Shown: piece after piece, positions 18,848-27,732 of the stretch
Layout of the letters: every line of letters begins with the position of its first letter
Numbering within the stretch: position 1 is the stretch's first letter
Virus record (IMG/VR): IMGVR_UViG_3300049167_000224
Coordinates: 1 to 32,873 of that record
From: a virus
Taxonomy: Duplodnaviria; Caudoviricetes
Direction: 5' to 3' (one strand)
DNA length: 32,873 nucleotides
The notes under the pieces: generated by a model
What the model was told of the DNA's origin: nothing
Seen by the model: the letters and a program-made list of their open reading frames with translations, nothing else
The model's database searches: none
Translations under genes and position numbers: made by a program

Positions 18848-19022
18848 CGTTACCCTTTTGTTGAGGTAGGTATGGCACATCAATCTTAACATAAAACATA
18901 TTTTTATAGAAGTTACTCTATTGGATAAAAATAGAATGGTTAGAATAGAAAGATAAAAACACAACAACTCACCGGATGCTGACTACATATAGTTTTAACT
19001 GTTGTCAGGATAATTGGATAAA

Positions 19023-19427
19023 TCAAGATGTCAGTGTACTCTTGGTGTACTGTTTTCTTATCCTCATGCTTATCCGTTTAATCCAATCATAGGAATAACC
19101 TAAATCTGCAGCTATCTCTGGTAACGTCATCCCCTTTGCATGTCGCATATAAGCTACTTTATATTCAAGACCCTCAAACGCAGACATCCGCTGTTCTATT
19201 TCTTTTCTGGTACTCTCTTTTTCTTCTAGTAGATTTGTATATTCTTCAACTAAATCACATATCTTTTGCATCCGATTCAAGCATGTGTCTAGTGGAAAAG
19301 CTTTGTTAATAGTAGATTTAAAGGATGCTTCTAACCAGTAATTATATTCGTTCTCTAAGTTCTTAATTCTAATCGTGATAATATCTATTTCAATGCAGAG
19401 ATCATGATACAATTCCATGCTATTCAC
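19023..19427 (-). CDS. Late transcriptional activator (RinA/ArpU-like, sigma region 4-type HTH)
   Basis: C-terminal GMTLPEIAADLGYSYDWIKRIS HTH; position between replication and packaging modules. Confidence 0.8.
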   Translation of the reverse strand: MNSMELYHDLCIEIDIITIRIKNLENEYNYWLEASFKSTINKAFPLDTCLNRMQKICDLVEEYTNLLEEKESTRKEIEQRMSAFEGLEYKVAYMRHAKGMTLPEIAADLGYSYDWIKRISMRIRKQYTKSTLTS

Positions 19428-19477
19428 TCCTTTGGTATAATAGCGGTATGTAGTTCCATCTATTGTTCGAAGGAGTT

Positions 19478-19508
19478 TCCCTAGATCATGATCCGATCTA
19501 GGGATTTT
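19478..19508. terminator. Hairpin after cytosine MTase gene
   Basis: TCCCTAGATC-N7-GATCTAGGGA; T4 only on plus strand so direction uncertain. Confidence 0.5.
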
Positions 19509-19509
19509 C

Positions 19510-20586
19510 TTATATCAGACGCTTTGCAATCTCATAAATAACAGTTGTAGTAACTGAATTCCCAGCTTGTTTATAAAGTTGCGAATCCTTCAAACCTGTT
19601 TCTTTTGCCTTATAAAATGCCCAATCTGGAAATGCCTGTAGCCTCCAACATTCCAACGGTGTGAGCTTCCTTACACGATAACCATCATATACCCCATGAG
19701 TATCCTGTGCTGTCAGAGTAAACATTGGTTCACCATCTGTTTTCATCCTCCGACCGTTTTGTCTCTTTTTTTCTCTTTCAGGTGTAAGCACTGCAATATG
19801 TGTTCTTTTGGCTTTTTTCAGTGAACTTATCCCTTTGCTATAATTCGCATCTAAACAATATGCTAAACCTTCACCAGTAGATAATTGAGTAGGTACAAGG
19901 TATAGCCCAGTTTTTGCTCCTCCACCTCCAGCTTCCGCTTTCAATGTCCTTGCTAATCCCTTTGAATCGTAAACCCGAAATGCATCTGCAGCTGGACCGT
20001 TTATTTGTTGGAGAGCAACCGTTCCGCCTTTTCCTGTGATAGGAAATACTTGTCGGGTACGGTGTCTTCTAGAATGTCCGATAATGAAGACCCTCTTCCT
20101 TCGTTGTGGAACTCCTCCATGAATCGAGCTGTCAAGCACTTGCCATTCCGCATCATACCCCAATTCATCCAACGTTCGGAGGATAACCTCAAACGTAGAG
20201 CCTTCGTCGTGATCAAGCAATCCTTTGACGTTCTCAAGGAGTAGATACTTGGGTTGGAGAATAGAGGCAAACCTTGCAATTTCAAAAAAGAGTGTACCTC
20301 TAACATCACTGAAACCTCCCCGTTTTCCCGCCACTGAGAAAGCTTGGCATGGAAATCCTCCACAGATAATGTTAATTGGTCCTCGCTCTCTTCCAAGTAA
20401 TCGAATATCGTCATCTGTGACGCTGGTAATGTCATGAGCTGTCCACTCTCCCTCTGGTTGATGTATGGCTTTATATGCTTGTCTTGCGTATTTGTCTATT
20501 TCTACCCATCCGGCTGTTTGATTCCCGGCAGCTTCCATACCAAAGCGAAAACCGCCGATTCCTGAGAAGAGATCAAGCACTCTCAT
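19510..20586 (-). CDS. dcm: DNA (cytosine-5) methyltransferase, orphan
   Basis: Motifs I DLFSGIGG, IV GGFPCQAFS, VI ENVKG, VIII Q.RKRVF, IX RKLTPLECWRLQ.FP, X GNSV. Confidence 0.96.
   Translation of the reverse strand: MRVLDLFSGIGGFRFGMEAAGNQTAGWVEIDKYARQAYKAIHQPEGEWTAHDITSVTDDDIRLLGRERGPINIICGGFPCQAFSVAGKRGGFSDVRGTLFFEIARFASILQPKYLLLENVKGLLDHDEGSTFEVILRTLDELGYDAEWQVLDSSIHGGVPQRRKRVFIIGHSRRHRTRQVFPITGKGGTVALQQINGPAADAFRVYDSKGLARTLKAEAGGGGAKTGLYLVPTQLSTGEGLAYCLDANYSKGISSLKKAKRTHIAVLTPEREKKRQNGRRMKTDGEPMFTLTAQDTHGVYDGYRVRKLTPLECWRLQAFPDWAFYKAKETGLKDSQLYKQAGNSVTTTVIYEIAKRLI
20001..20435 (-). CDS. Nested out-of-frame 144-aa protein, putative second subunit of the cytosine MTase
   Basis: Same strand, different frame, fully inside dcm; ends SLSDILEDTVPDKYFLSQEKAERLL, a segment I recognise from phage C5 MTases. 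Confidence 0.65.
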   Translation of the reverse strand: MTLPASQMTIFDYLEESEDQLTLSVEDFHAKLSQWRENGEVSVMLEVHSFLKLQGLPLFSNPSIYSLRTSKDCLITTKALRLRLSSERWMNWGMMRNGKCLTARFMEEFHNEGRGSSLSDILEDTVPDKYFLSQEKAERLLSNK

Positions 20587-20794
20587 AATGATCGTCCTCT
20601 TCTAAGGGAAAAGAATATTTTTCTAACTCACCATCTGTCATTTTCTTGGCTTGAAAGGTTACAAAGATAACGCTGTTATGTTCCCTAACTTGAAGGATAT
20701 CTATTATCTTGTAACCTTCATCACCAGCACGAAACACATCGCCCTTTGCTATGACATAACCCCTTTCCAGATTCCAAACAAAAGTTTCAATCAT
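20573..20794 (-). CDS. Hypothetical protein (73 aa)
   Basis: ATGA coupling with adenine MTase stop; SD GGAGG. Confidence 0.7.
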   Translation of the reverse strand: MIETFVWNLERGYVIAKGDVFRAGDEGYKIIDILQVREHNSVIFVTFQAKKMTDGELEKYSFPLEEDDHYESA

Positions 20795-21612
20795 TGCTGC
20801 CCCTCCCAATCGAATAAACTTGGTTGTAAATCGAAATTCATTAAAAGTAATTCCTCTGCCTTACAACTGGTCCCGTTAACAACTTGCTTTGTGGTCACAT
20901 ATGTTTCTTGCCTCCAGCTCGAGTAAAGCTCATCCAAAATAGGTTCATAATAATAGGAGACTATTGCCTTTCCTTGGATTCTGTTTAATAAAAATGCTAA
21001 TTCTCTATGATCTTGATCTGTAAATCCACCTGCATAATATTTTTCTCTTCCTATGTAAGGAGGATCAATATAGAACAAGGTATCAGGCGAATCATACTTT
21101 TCAATGATCTTCTTAAAATCATCGTGTTCAATCATTACGTTCTGGATCCGCTTTGAAAACATTTTTATCAACTGGCAAGCATTGCTGTATCCTTTCGCTG
21201 GGTTTTGACTTGCCGTGGTGCTGTGTCTCCAACCTGTCCGAGCTTTATCTGGGTTATTTCCTCCCGATATACCTGATCGATTGAGATAAAAGAACCGAAT
21301 CGCCCGGTCAAAATCATTCAATCCTTCTAGTCCCTCTCTTTTCCATCTCTCATAAAGTTGCCGACTATAGGGCAGGCTTTCTGCAGCTACAATAAATTTT
21401 TCTGTATCTGCTCTAGCTACAAGAAGAAAATTAACAAGGTCGCCGTCAATATCGTTGTACACATCTGTTTTAGCTTCTGGTTTCTGGGCTATCACATGAG
21501 CAGCACCACCAAAAGGCTCTACATATACCTTGTGATCAGGCATTCGATTGATGATCTCATTGGCCACTTTTGATTTACCACCGAACCATATAAGCGGTGA
21601 TCTTGTTTTCAT
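20791..21612 (-). CDS. DNA N6-adenine methyltransferase (Dam/D12 family), orphan
   Basis: Start MKTRSPLIWFGGK (SD AAGGGGG); YVEPFGG, NDID, FYIDPPY motifs. Confidence 0.95.
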   Translation of the reverse strand: MKTRSPLIWFGGKSKVANEIINRMPDHKVYVEPFGGAAHVIAQKPEAKTDVYNDIDGDLVNFLLVARADTEKFIVAAESLPYSRQLYERWKREGLEGLNDFDRAIRFFYLNRSGISGGNNPDKARTGWRHSTTASQNPAKGYSNACQLIKMFSKRIQNVMIEHDDFKKIIEKYDSPDTLFYIDPPYIGREKYYAGGFTDQDHRELAFLLNRIQGKAIVSYYYEPILDELYSSWRQETYVTTKQVVNGTSCKAEELLLMNFDLQPSLFDWEGQQ

Positions 21613-21713
21613 GTTGCTCCCCCTTGATTTCGCCCATCGTTTTTCGTACAATAGGCAATGTTGATAATTATCTAACTTCTGTGTCCAGCTAACCTCTGCG
21701 AAAGGTTGGCTTT

Positions 21714-21968
21714 TTATTTTTGTCCTCGATTTCCCATGATGCCACCCTCGCGAGAATCGATGTAACCTTTCTCTGCTTGATCCATCACCAAGCACATAAT
21801 CTCTATTGCATGTCTGTCCAACTCCCTCCCGATGAAATCAATTCCAAATCCCTTTCTCCAAAGCTTGCGAAACTCACGCAGCTGTTGATCCGTCCAAGTA
21901 AAGTTGTAATCATGCAAAGCTGTGTACTCGTATTGATGCCGTATCAGTGGTAGTACCTTCGCCATCAT
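21714..21968 (-). CDS. Small HTH-like phage protein
   Basis: F.W...Q...F..LW..G......EL.R...EI..L..D pattern common after phage loaders. Confidence 0.7.
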   Translation of the reverse strand: MMAKVLPLIRHQYEYTALHDYNFTWTDQQLREFRKLWRKGFGIDFIGRELDRHAIEIMCLVMDQAEKGYIDSREGGIMGNRGQK

Positions 21969-22786
21969 ACCGCCTCCTCTTCATCTAACAAGCGATGATT
22001 AAGATTCTCTTCGCCTTCTAGTACAACGGTGAAACCTTTGGACATCTGATACAAACGAGATCCTATCCCTTCATCCTCGGCAATAATTCGATCAATGTTC
22101 CATTCTGAAGAAAGCAGTATGGGAAGATGATTTAAATAGCGATAGTTGATAATTTCAAACAAGGATTCTTTTTGCCAATCTGTAGGCTTGTTTCTCCCTT
22201 TGAATAAATCATCAATAAATAACACTTCAACTTCCTTTAGTTGCTCTACTTTCTCATTCGTTTTTGAAAAATCACCCTTTAAATCATTTACTCCCTCCAC
22301 CCAAGGAAAATAAATTACTCCTACTCCCTGATCCAACAAAGCATTTGCAATAGAAGTGAGAAGATGTGTTTTTCCACTTCCAGGAGCACCGAGCAAAACA
22401 ATGCTATTTTGTCTTTCTCCTCGGATATCAGGAAAGTAATCGAGATAAGCAGAAGCACATTCATATGCATCCTGTACAATGGGTGGACGCTCATCCAAAT
22501 CAAAGCTTGCAAAGGTCATCTTTCTGAATTTCTCTGTAATCTGGCTCGATTTAAATAACCGCTCTACACGCTTGGCAAGCATCTTTTTCTCATAACACTC
22601 GCAGTATCTCCAGACATCAGTCCGATCCTCCAGACGAACAATGAACCCCTCTAAATCTTTGCATTTGGAACACTCATACTCGGTATTTTTTTGGTCGGTT
22701 GATCCACCCTGTTCTTCCTTTCGTAATTGGTTTCGCTGCTGGAGCTTGGTTAGAATGTCTGCTATGCTTGTTGTCATAGTTTGCAC
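21965..22786 (-). CDS. DnaC/IstB-like helicase loader ATPase
   Basis: Zn motif CSKC...CEC, Walker A GAPGSGKT, Walker B LFIDD, SRLYQM. Confidence 0.92.
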   Translation of the reverse strand: MQTMTTSIADILTKLQQRNQLRKEEQGGSTDQKNTEYECSKCKDLEGFIVRLEDRTDVWRYCECYEKKMLAKRVERLFKSSQITEKFRKMTFASFDLDERPPIVQDAYECASAYLDYFPDIRGERQNSIVLLGAPGSGKTHLLTSIANALLDQGVGVIYFPWVEGVNDLKGDFSKTNEKVEQLKEVEVLFIDDLFKGRNKPTDWQKESLFEIINYRYLNHLPILLSSEWNIDRIIAEDEGIGSRLYQMSKGFTVVLEGEENLNHRLLDEEEAV

Positions 22787-23660
22787 CTGCTTTCAAAGGA
22801 ATTACTTTCTGTTGTTGCGGTTTCGGTTGATAATTCATCCACTCTTCTACTTTTCCGGCATTACGGCAGATAAAGGTGATATCAGCGTGAATCTTACCAG
22901 TATCATTATCACCACAGTGAAAGGGAGACTGCCTTATATTACTGATTGCTAGTTTTATATCATCCACAGAAAAGAGTAATTCCCCTTTCTTCTCTGGGTG
23001 TTTATCTCCTAATCTTGTCCTGATTGCCTTCTTTCTGTTCTCGGTTAAAGTAGGTCTTCTAGTAAATACGCCTTCAAAGGTTTTTAAATAATGATTCCAA
23101 ATATCTTGAATGGATTGAGAAAGAATACTAGAAGCTTCAGCTTCACCTTTATTCTTTTTATTTTCATTCTTGTCATTATTAACGTTCTTTACATTCTTGT
23201 TTATATTGTTGGGTGTTCGTTGCTCTCGTGTTGCTTTCGTGTCCGTTTCATTGTTGCTCTCATCGTTGCTTTCGTAGTTTTTGGATGTCTGATAAAAGCA
23301 GTAATTCTCTATGGTTATGACCATACCTTGCGTTGCTTTCGTTGTTGCTATCATCGTTGCTTTCGTGTCGGTTTCGTCGTTGCTTTCAGAGCGTTTACGT
23401 AACCAATCAATAACTTGATAGATTTGATCTTTTGTTGGAACAACTTTTCTATAGCCAACATGCCAGCTACAGGCTTCTCGTATCTCTGGAATTGATGTTC
23501 TCACTTGACCACGTTTCAACTTCTTAAAATCAGAATGCTGAGCACTCAGCAATAGATACATCCAAACTTTTAAATATAGGGGTGGTTTGTCCCAAATCTC
23601 ACTTTCTATTATTTTTCTAGCAACAATGATGTAACCGTTTGGAATTGCTGGATCATTCAT
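22674..23660 (-). CDS. Phage replication initiator
   Basis: N-terminal GYI.VARKI..S.IW, LKRGQ.RTS, low-complexity linker with iterons; upstream of loader. Confidence 0.88.
   Translation of the reverse strand: MNDPAIPNGYIIVARKIIESEIWDKPPLYLKVWMYLLLSAQHSDFKKLKRGQVRTSIPEIREACSWHVGYRKVVPTKDQIYQVIDWLRKRSESNDETDTKATMIATTKATQGMVITIENYCFYQTSKNYESNDESNNETDTKATREQRTPNNINKNVKNVNNDKNENKKNKGEAEASSILSQSIQDIWNHYLKTFEGVFTRRPTLTENRKKAIRTRLGDKHPEKKGELLFSVDDIKLAISNIRQSPFHCGDNDTGKIHADITFICRNAGKVEEWMNYQPKPQQQKVIPLKAGANYDNKHSRHSNQAPAAKPITKGRTGWINRPKKYRV
23140..23388. repeat. Replication origin: 8 iterons GTTGCT(T/C/A)TC plus AT-rich flank
   Basis: Copies at 23219, 23230, 23253, 23265, 23332, 23344, 23356, 23379; AT-rich tract ~23140-23210. 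Confidence 0.8.
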
Positions 23661-23724
23661 TTACTCCGCCCCTTATTTCTATATGTTGGGTGACCGAAGC
23701 CACCCATTTATCTATTGCAATGTC

Positions 23725-24126
23725 TTAAATATCGAAAGGCAAATCCAAATCGTCCAGATCAATCGGCTTTCCAGCAGCAGCAAGTGGATCGTTGCCGTTA
23801 TCCTGATGTTGATCCTTGCTTCTAAAATCCAAGAAGCGTACATCATCCGCTACCACTTCTGTTTTCCATACCTTGTTGCCGTCTTGATTCTCGTAGGAGC
23901 TAACCTGTAAGCGTCCTTCTATGGCAATCAACGATCCTTTTCCTATATACTTGTGGCAATTTTCCGCTTGATCTCTCCATACAACCACTTTGATAAAATC
24001 CGTTTCCTCTTTGTTATACTTTCGAACACACGCTACAGTTAGATTAGTAACTGCTACTCCGCTACTCGTGAACCGAACCTCTATGTCATTACACACTCTT
24101 CCAACTAAGGTAACTGAGTTAATCAT
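23725..24126 (-). CDS. ssb: Single-stranded DNA-binding protein
   Basis: MINSVTLVGR, ETDFI.VVVW, KGSLIAIEGRLQ, acidic tail DDLDLPF. Confidence 0.95.
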   Translation of the reverse strand: MINSVTLVGRVCNDIEVRFTSSGVAVTNLTVACVRKYNKEETDFIKVVVWRDQAENCHKYIGKGSLIAIEGRLQVSSYENQDGNKVWKTEVVADDVRFLDFRSKDQHQDNGNDPLAAAGKPIDLDDLDLPFDI

Positions 24127-24341
24127 GCTGTTTTCCTCCCATTTTCTATATGAACACCTACTAGATTCACCGTTACATGTCCGATCAGATCTTCTTTTAG
24201 GAGCCATTCAGGCCAATTCTTATCAATAAGATGTACTGATTTCTCTGTTGCTTCCTTTAGGCTTTCCGCTTGAACATCAAACTTGGTAACAAACTCTCCA
24301 CCTTCAAGGGGAATACTCCGATCAAATGTGAAAATCATCAT
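24123..24341 (-). CDS. Hypothetical protein (72 aa)
   Basis: ATGA overlaps on both sides; SD GAGGTG. Confidence 0.7.
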   Translation of the reverse strand: MMIFTFDRSIPLEGGEFVTKFDVQAESLKEATEKSVHLIDKNWPEWLLKEDLIGHVTVNLVGVHIENGRKTA

Positions 24342-24847
24342 GCGATATGCACCTCTTTTTCTAGTCCTTGGGCTATAAGCTGTTTCAAACGTGGTAAAAC
24401 TCTTTCTACAAATGCCACTGCACCAGATGAATATCGACGTTGCATAAGATCTGTTGCATCTTCCCAGTCAATAGTGGTATCACCTAGCCAATAATGAAAT
24501 CCAATCTCATGATCAATGTCGTAATCCTCTATTAAATCCCATTCTTTACGGGCTTCCTCTCTGTTCAATCCACCATCATATCTAGCATCTAAAATGTAGC
24601 GTTTGATTTTATCTTTCGTGTCATCTCCATCGTAAATATCTTGCTTTGCAATCCGATCTAAAAGATAATCCTTGTCAATTCCCAAGAGAAATTCACGAAA
24701 ATCTTTCTCATAATAGAAACGAGCTACATATTTACCGTTATCACCAGAGATAAAAAGTGTGCAGTTACTTCCTGATTGATCCAAGATAATAAGGTTCCAG
24801 TCCATTCCGTTTTGACGATCTAAAAAATACCGATGTGTTGTAATCAC
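24338..24847 (-). CDS. Hypothetical protein (169 aa)
   Basis: GTG start (MITTHRY) coupled to upstream stop; SD GAGGG. Confidence 0.75.
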   Translation of the reverse strand: MITTHRYFLDRQNGMDWNLIILDQSGSNCTLFISGDNGKYVARFYYEKDFREFLLGIDKDYLLDRIAKQDIYDGDDTKDKIKRYILDARYDGGLNREEARKEWDLIEDYDIDHEIGFHYWLGDTTIDWEDATDLMQRRYSSGAVAFVERVLPRLKQLIAQGLEKEVHIA

Positions 24848-25008
24848 GCTACATGCACCCTCTCTTTTTTGTCCTCGCAGCTCTCTATCTCTTCCGCTCC
24901 CTCTTTTATCGTGGACTCTTGGCGAATACATACAGATTCGTTGTAACCAAAGGGGATGTTATATCTACATCCTTTGCACAAAAGGAAAGTCTCTTTTGTT
25001 AGCTTCAT
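24844..25008 (-). CDS. Small Cys-containing hypothetical protein (54 aa)
   Basis: Start MKLTKE with SD GGAGG; CKGC...C...C. Confidence 0.65.
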   Translation of the reverse strand: MKLTKETFLLCKGCRYNIPFGYNESVCIRQESTIKEGAEEIESCEDKKERVHVA

Positions 25009-25235
25009 TTCTCTTCCTCCAGTTGATACCAAGTAGTGATTTCTTGACATTTGGTGATTTTGACCGTATCCCAACCATGTATCTTTGCATGACGCTTAAT
25101 TTTCTCTGGATCGAATTGAGAGAAAGTAAGCATCATTTCTTCTCTCTCTGCATCTTCTCCATGTTCTGCAACTTCTGTGGAGCTCCAAAACTCCACTTGG
25201 TAATAACCTGTATCTTGCTCATGAAACTTTTTCAC
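25005..25235 (-). CDS. Hypothetical protein (76 aa)
   Basis: GTG start, SD GAGGAGG, coupled overlaps. Confidence 0.65.
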   Translation of the reverse strand: MKKFHEQDTGYYQVEFWSSTEVAEHGEDAEREEMMLTFSQFDPEKIKRHAKIHGWDTVKITKCQEITTWYQLEEEK

Positions 25236-25417
25236 TCTGATTCCTCCTCTAACACTTCCCAATTCGGATCAATGTAATCGAACGCCCATTCCATATACTT
25301 TTGATTGATTAGCTCTTGAACCTCAATGGAATCCAAGCCTTCCAACTCTTCTTCTGGAATATCAAGTGTTTTAAAAGCTGAGGTTTTATTTGGTTCCAAA
25401 CTGAAAATTACTTTCAT
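25232..25417 (-). CDS. Small acidic hypothetical protein (61 aa)
   Basis: SD GAGGTG, ATGA overlap. Confidence 0.7.
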   Translation of the reverse strand: MKVIFSLEPNKTSAFKTLDIPEEELEGLDSIEVQELINQKYMEWAFDYIDPNWEVLEEESE

Positions 25418-25698
25418 GCACTCTCACCTCTCATGTGATTTAGCTGGTGCCTCACATATCCAGCAGGTGGCAACTCTATATCCGATCCATAATGGAGAAT
25501 GTAGTAGTAAGCTTGATCCGCATTGTCATATCTTCTACCACTCGGCTCCAATAATTGATGCCGTTCCACCCATACTTGCAGAGCCATGGTGAGGCGTTCT
25601 GGAACATTCAGAGATAGAAAATGATCCATGTGACGTGGCTCCAGTTCGTGTAGCAACTCATTGATCAAATAGCGTTCCTTCGGCTTTAAATTTCTCAT
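25414..25698 (-). CDS. Hypothetical protein (94 aa)
   Basis: SD AGGAGG, operon context. Confidence 0.72.
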   Translation of the reverse strand: MRNLKPKERYLINELLHELEPRHMDHFLSLNVPERLTMALQVWVERHQLLEPSGRRYDNADQAYYYILHYGSDIELPPAGYVRHQLNHMRGESA

Positions 25699-25708
25699 GA
25701 TGTTCCTC

Positions 25709-25924
25709 CTATAGGATTGGATGATAGTGGTCTAACTCGTCCTGTATCTGATCACTTAGATCCCTACGATCTGTGTAAATAATTGCTGTACCACATGCAC
25801 AAGAAAACGAATTTTTGTTAAAAAAATCAAAGCGTAGTCGATCATCATCAAAGTGCATTTTCTCCCCACAATTCGGGCAAAAGTTTGGTGTTTCTGTTCC
25901 TCTCGATTCGAAATAAACTCCCAT
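25709..25924 (-). CDS. Small zinc-ribbon protein
   Basis: CPNCG and CACG pairs; SD AAGGAGG. Confidence 0.75.
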   Translation of the reverse strand: MGVYFESRGTETPNFCPNCGEKMHFDDDRLRFDFFNKNSFSCACGTAIIYTDRRDLSDQIQDELDHYHPIL

Positions 25925-25965
25925 TCGTATACCTCCTTGTAATTGGAGAGGGAGAAAAACTCCCT

Positions 25966-26808
25966 CTATGATGCTTTTTTATCGGTTGTTTCCGACTTTA
26001 CTTCCGTTGGTAACGCTGTTTTATCATGATCCTCTGTAGGTTTTTTCTCTTTCTTTGGTTGCTTTCGTTCCATCAATGTTTCTGCCATCTCTAGGAGCTT
26101 CTCTTTCGACATGCTCGGCATTTCCTCATTGATCTGCTTGTATTCTTCTTCGGTAACGTCCGCTCGACTTAGCTTCTCTGTGTAGAACTCCACAATCATC
26201 TTCTGTACTTTCTCGCTTAACTTGCGTTCTCCACAAAGAGCAAAGAATCGTTTGCGGTTGTTATCTTTCTCCATTGTTTCTGGTTTGCTTGAATCAACCG
26301 CCTGTGGAGGCTTATTCTGTGAAGCAGTTTTTGGCTTCTGGCTTTGTGTTGTCGATGTACTTCTTTGTTTTTTGTCACTGGTTGTATAACGTTCATTCTT
26401 ATTAGGCTGTTCTTCTGTTTGTCTTCCATCTGTATCTTCATCCGCTGCTATTCCCATCAACGCACACAACGAGTACCGTTTCCCATATGTGAGCAATTTT
26501 CCTTGCTCTTTCTCGTTGGAGACGTTGCCTTTCAGCACTAGGGAACCTGATTCCACCCATTCTCCGCTCTTATGTCTCAACAGAGTGGAAACTTTTATCC
26601 AATTGTCTCCAACTTCGAATGGATGTGAGATGAACAAACTATGTTTAAAAAACAATGGCTGTACAATTTCCATAATGTCGGAAAGATCTGCGTACTTGTA
26701 TTTTTGATTGCCAGTTTGCCCTGTTCTGCTTTTTTTGGGGGTCGTCATTGATCCTTGTACCTCAATAAGTGCAGGAAGCAAACTCTCTACGCTTTCACTG
26801 AATTTCAT
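25966..26808 (-). CDS. ERF-family single-strand annealing recombinase
   Basis: YKYADL..I, G..LTYGKRYSL.A..GI..DEDTDG ERF signature. Confidence 0.9.
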   Translation of the reverse strand: MKFSESVESLLPALIEVQGSMTTPKKSRTGQTGNQKYKYADLSDIMEIVQPLFFKHSLFISHPFEVGDNWIKVSTLLRHKSGEWVESGSLVLKGNVSNEKEQGKLLTYGKRYSLCALMGIAADEDTDGRQTEEQPNKNERYTTSDKKQRSTSTTQSQKPKTASQNKPPQAVDSSKPETMEKDNNRKRFFALCGERKLSEKVQKMIVEFYTEKLSRADVTEEEYKQINEEMPSMSKEKLLEMAETLMERKQPKKEKKPTEDHDKTALPTEVKSETTDKKAS

Positions 26809-26990
26809 TTGTAATCTCCTCTCTTACCATGCAAGGATTTTAAAAACTGGATGCCTGCGACAATGTAACCTAAGCTGTTCGGTCTAGCTCCTAGATTTCG
26901 AAACTTAATCGTCTTTTGTTCCGGTTTATAATTAATCTCCAGCTTTGGAGCGATGGTTAAAGCTGTGTTTCTATCGATGATCGGTTTCAT
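26805..26990 (-). CDS. Hypothetical protein (61 aa)
   Basis: SD AGGAGG, ATGA coupling to ERF. Confidence 0.7.
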   Translation of the reverse strand: MKPIIDRNTALTIAPKLEINYKPEQKTIKFRNLGARPNSLGYIVAGIQFLKSLHGKRGDYK

Positions 26991-27024
26991 GTGGTACCTC
27001 CTGTATGGGAAGGAGCCGAAGCTC

Positions 27025-27501
27025 CTATACGATTTCCTTTTGCTCTACTGGTGAAAGAAGTTCATCCATTTTCCTCTGACGGTACAACAGCAACTCTGCC
27101 TGCTTCACGACGCCGATATCCGATGACAAGTGAATCCCACTTTCTGCAAACAGTTCATTGTTATCGATAAACCAGTAAGTCCAACGGTACGAATCTTTTT
27201 TGATGTGCCCCAGCGTGCAAATGGTGATGTATTGGTCGTTCATCTTCTCAGCCAGCTCATTGGCTTCCACATGCTCCATAACATCGAAGTAGACAATGGC
27301 ATCTCGTGGAACCATGCGACGAGCCTCGCCCACCTCAAACTCGATATAAGCGATATCCTCATCACCCAAGACGAAGTTGTATAAGTGTGTTGCTTCTTCT
27401 CCTGTGACTTCCATTAGAGTCCCGTCTATTAGACGGAACACGATCTTTTTGATGTATGTGTAAACTCTTTCTTCACCTTTGATATCCATGTACATGTTCA
27501 T
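27025..27501 (-). CDS. Hypothetical protein (158 aa)
   Basis: Long ORF in early operon, SD AAAGGGAG. Confidence 0.75.
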   Translation of the reverse strand: MNMYMDIKGEERVYTYIKKIVFRLIDGTLMEVTGEEATHLYNFVLGDEDIAYIEFEVGEARRMVPRDAIVYFDVMEHVEANELAEKMNDQYITICTLGHIKKDSYRWTYWFIDNNELFAESGIHLSSDIGVVKQAELLLYRQRKMDELLSPVEQKEIV

Positions 27502-27618
27502 TCTCCCTTTCGATCTAGCTCCAACTGTGGTAAACTAGATCTGCTTGTATTTTTCTCAGGCTTGGTGGTGTGTCAGCACTTCCAAACCGGAGTCTAGGGC
27601 TTACTCTTGCAGTAGGCT

Positions 27619-27732
27619 CTATTCTTCATCTCGAACCACTTCTAATGCTGCGTTATCTTCCTCCAAGTCCACTATCCACAACTGGCCATCTGTTAATTCA
27701 AACGTTACGGTTTCTTTCTCATATCTAGGCAT
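27619..27732 (-). CDS. 37-aa acidic protein MPRYEKETVTFELTDGQLWIVDLEEDNAALEVVRDEE, not in ORF track
   Basis: SD AAGGGGG; TGATG coupling with upstream ORF. Confidence 0.6.
   Translation of the reverse strand: MPRYEKETVTFELTDGQLWIVDLEEDNAALEVVRDEE

Larger units (their letters stand above)
18511..19055. repeat. 41-bp direct repeat pair (18511-18551 and 19015-19055, 38/41 identical)
   Basis: TGGATAAATCAAGAyGTyAGTGTACTCTTrGTGTACTGTTT; second copy overlaps the 3' end of the late activator gene. Confidence 0.92.

Noticed and set aside
19510-21612. Restriction-modification system
   Set aside because: No endonuclease nearby; orphan MTases in a phage replication module
21613-21795. 61-aa N-terminal extension of the adenine MTase
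   Set aside because: Overlaps upstream gene; SD and family motif support start at 21612
25947-27027. Hairpins at ~25948-25968 and ~27011-27026 as terminators
   Set aside because: No U-tract on the coding strand; more likely mRNA stability or processing stems
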